Assembly (NCBI GenBank): GCA_963514005.1
Contig: OY740792.1
Location: 67,084,001-67,148,000, forward strand
DNA from: Raja brachyura
Taxonomy: Eukaryota
Reading direction: 5' to 3'
DNA: 64,000 nucleotides
Shown here: positions 60,501 through 64,000 of the stretch, piece after piece
How the letters are laid out: each line of letters starts with the position of its first letter
How positions within the stretch are numbered: the stretch's first letter is position 1
Notes under the pieces: generated by a model
What the model saw: the letters and a program-made list of their open reading frames with translations, nothing else
What the model was told of the DNA's origin: nothing
Databases searched by the model: none
Program-made: the position numbers and the translations under genes

Positions 60501-63500
60501 CTTACTCAAAGTCCTCTTTTCAAACAATATTCAAGAACGTCCAACTCATCTCCCTTTCTAGTCTGATTTATGAGATTGTGTGAATTCTAAATCCTTTAAT
60601 CCCAAGCATTGACCTTGATTACATATGCTTATGCATCGATGTACCTGTATAATACAAGTTAAGGCTTTTCCCAATCTGTTGAATTCTGCAGCATCATATA
60701 TCACTCATTTCTGGAGTGAATGTACAACCAACGTTCTCAACACAGCCTCTTCTGTCATGTACGAGCCAGAATCCTTGGAATCAGGCCATTCAGCCCAACT
60801 TGCCCATGCCAACCAAGCATGCCCCAATTTCCTGCCTGTGTTTAGCCCAAATCCCTCCAAAACTTTCCTATCATAAGTTGTCCGAGCAGAATTAAGGCAT
60901 TTGGCCCATTGAGTCCTCTGTCATTCAACATGGCTGATCTATCTTTCCCTCTCAACCCCATTTTCCTGCCTTCTCCTCATAACCTTACAAATTGAGAACC
61001 TGTCAGTTTTCAATTCAGAAATACCTAAAGACTTGGGCTCTACTTGGTCTGTGAAATGAATCCCAGATTCACCTCCCTCTGAATGTACATACTTTTATAT
61101 CCTCATCTCCTTTCTGAAGGTAGTACTTTTATTGTATCCATGTATCTGTCCAGATGTATTATAAATGTTGTTATTGAACCTGCCTTAAAGACCTCTGCTG
61201 GCAGCTCGTTCCATATACCTACCACCATCTGTGTGAAAAAGTTGCCCCTCAGGTACCCATTAAATCTTTCCCCTCTCGCCTTAAACCTATGCTCTCTGAT
61301 TAACTCTGGGAAAGACTGTGCATTAAAATTATATATGATTAAACATTTCAATGAGCACAATGAATATACTGCAATGAACACTGCAGATACTGGAAATCCA
61401 AAACAAAAGCAGGAAATATGATCATTGGGAAGAGAAACAGTGTGGACACCTGTCAAGGTTTCAGAACGAGAAAAATAAGAAAATAAACATTTTAAAAATA
61501 GTTGGCTTCCAGCGGGTAGAGCTGCTGCTTCACAGCGCCAGAGACCCGGGTTCGATCCTGACTTCAGGTGTGGTCTGTGTGTGGAGTTTCCAATTGTGTT
61601 TGCTCCGGGTGCTCCGGTTTACTGCCACATTCCAAAGATGTGTGGGTTAGTAGGTTAATTGGGTGTAAAGATACCCCAAGTATGTAGGGAGTGAACAAGA
61701 AAGTGAACTAGTGTGAACGGGTGATCGATGATCGGCATCGAGAGAATGTCCGTGATAGATTGGAGACCAAACTTGCCTACATAAAAACCAGGAGTTATAT
61801 TTTTAAGCTTCAAAGAGACAGCATGCAACAGGCCCTTCGGCCCACCGAGTCCATGATGACCGTCGATCACCTGTACATTAGTTCTATGTTATCTCACTTT
61901 CGCATCCTATACGGGCCGATTAACCTACAAACCTGCATGTCTTTGGGATGTGGGAGGAATTTGGATCACCCAAAGGAAAAACACATGGTCACAGGGAGAA
62001 CGTGCAAACTCCACACAGTCAGGATTAAACTCGGGTCTCTGGCACTGTAAGCAGCTGCTCTGCCACTGCGTCACTGCGAGGAGGAGGTTCAAGCAGAGGA
62101 TGAAGTGGATGTCATTTAAGGTCCATGTCCGAGTGAGGTACGGAGCTGCAGGAGAGGGCAAGCGAGAGACGACTGGTGCCAGTGCATGGCGTAGAGTGTA
62201 GAACTCGGAGCATGGATGGGGTGTGTAGCAAGTTGTGGTGAGTAGGGTCCAGGTACCTTGGACCCAGGATGGCCCAGAAACCTAGAAGCCTCGAATTGGA
62301 ACTGGAAGCCATGTGGAACAACTGAGCAGTGAAGGCAAGTGCTGAGGAAACACACGTGGCTATGTTATCGACGGCAGGAGGAACTGACTGAGTGGGAGCA
62401 GTGAGAGAGAGAGAGAGAGAGTGGCTGAACTTTAAACAATAACATTTAGTTGAGTTTAGAGCTGCAGCACAGAAACACGCCTTACGGCCCACTATTCGGC
62501 GCTGACTAGTGATCCCCGTACACTAACACTATCCTATACAAGAGGGACAATTTACAATTCTACCAAAGCCAATTAGTCTACAAACCCGTACGTCTATGAG
62601 TGTGGGAGGAAATTGGAGCTCCCAGAGAAAACCCACACAGGGCACGGGGAGAACGTACAGACTCCGTGTAGCCAGCACCCATAATCAGGATCGGGCCTGG
62701 GTCTCTGGCGTTGTAAGGCAGCAACTCTACCGTTGTGCCACCCATTTCTTTATTAAATTTGGCGGTCAGGCCCTTAAACATCTTACAGGACGATGATCCA
62801 CAATAGACACCAACAGCAGGGACAACATCTCGCACAGCATCTTTTGGATTACAAATAAGCACTATCGTGTCTTAATCCCATCACAAAGCAGAGAACAGCT
62901 TCAAAGTAGACATACAGTACATGGCAGCTGAGAATCCCGAGTAGTCGCATGAATGTACAGAGATATCTCCACAACGGTCCACATTTGATTATTCTTTGCC
63001 CCACAGTGCTTTTTTTTGTGGACAAAATGGTGTCATTAATCTACACGTTCCTTAATGTCGGTATCATAAGCTGTTTAAGGACCTGATCCTAAAAGCTGTT
63101 TCTCAGCACACATGGTCAACCGATCAAGATCTTCAGATTGATTGTGTGTTGGGGGGGGGGAGAGGGAGGGAAGAGAAACCTGGAAGAGAGTAGTGGGCAG
63201 GATAAAGCCTGGCAAGTGATAGGTGGATACAGGGAAGAGGTGGGGCGGGGTTTTGGGTTTGATTGGCAGACAGGTGAGCAAAAGCCGGAGATGAACATAC
63301 AAAACATCACTAGTTTCCTTGTGTGACAAAAACACGTTGTTTGGAGCAATGCATCTTTTGATTTATAAATCTGAAGTTTTTTTTCCATCATCCACCCGGA
63401 ATAAGAGATGTCCATCTGAAAATAAAGAAAATGGACAAAAATAAATCAACATTTTCCCTGCTAATGCTGTTCAGACACAGGTTAGCACTGTAAACAATAA

Positions 63501-64000
63501 TAATATTACAGTAAACCCTCTTTATAAAGGACCATGGGGGGGGGGGGGGAGAATGGTATCTGTTATTACCAATTATTCGCAATTGTATAAGTGCTGGAGT
63601 AACTCAGCGGGTCAGGCAGCAGCAGCTCTGGAGAACATGGACAGGTGCTGTGTCGGGTCGGGACCCTTCTTCAGACTCTCGGTCGGGAACTGGGCCTAGA
63701 ATCCAGGTGGATGCTGGCAGCCGCCAGAGAGGTGAGGATGGGCAAGGTCTATGGTCTCGGCCCAAGGGCAGCCGGATTGCATGTAAAGGCCGTCGGTGGT
63801 GTGGCTTTTTACTGTATCTCGGTACACATGATAATAATAAACCTAAGCACTGAATTTTGAACTGTGCACTTCCTCGATTATCTGTGATCCAACCAACTAC
63901 ATAATCGGGTGATTCTTCAGTAAGTCTCTACTTTTTAGTTTCTGGAAACACGAATATAAAACTTAAATTTTTGCAACTTTGAATGTTGTTTCGCATAGGT

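Noticed and set aside
63363-63415. Strong minus-strand acceptor reading GHLLFRVDDGKKTSDL* in phase 1
   Set aside because: Isolated; no upstream exon is visible in the window and the frame is undetermined

Overview
This is repeat-dense vertebrate genomic DNA. The repeat inventory (HE1/V-SINE-type SINEs, CR1 LINEs, Penelope, Rex/Babar, DIRS, BEL/Pao) points to a cartilaginous fish, probably a skate or ray; that is an inference. Reading splice sites by hand gave one intact six-exon gene on the minus strand (47810 to 27932, 335 aa) that the ORF track shows only in part. Its structure is leader, germline-joined VJ-type Ig V domain, C1-set domain, uncharged TM, basic cytoplasmic exon, and a terminal exon with an ITIM (LHYAPV) and an ITSM-like motif (TEYAVL) whose tyrosines are 25 residues apart. 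It looks like a non-rearranging, antigen-receptor-like inhibitory receptor (SIRP-like ectodomain, PD-1/BTLA-like tail). Most of the rest is transposons. There are two copies of a foldback MULE-like element with kb-long modular TIRs: one has a perfect 9-bp TSD and lies in intron 3, and the other is an 11-kb nested stack holding a solo LTR, a hAT element with a phased 7x CCAAT array and a decayed BEL/Pao. Also present are tandem DIRS elements, a Tc1 transposon, L1/CR1/Rex fragments, Penelope ends with hammerhead-like cores, several minisatellites and a 204-N assembly gap. Many transposon boundaries are approximate.
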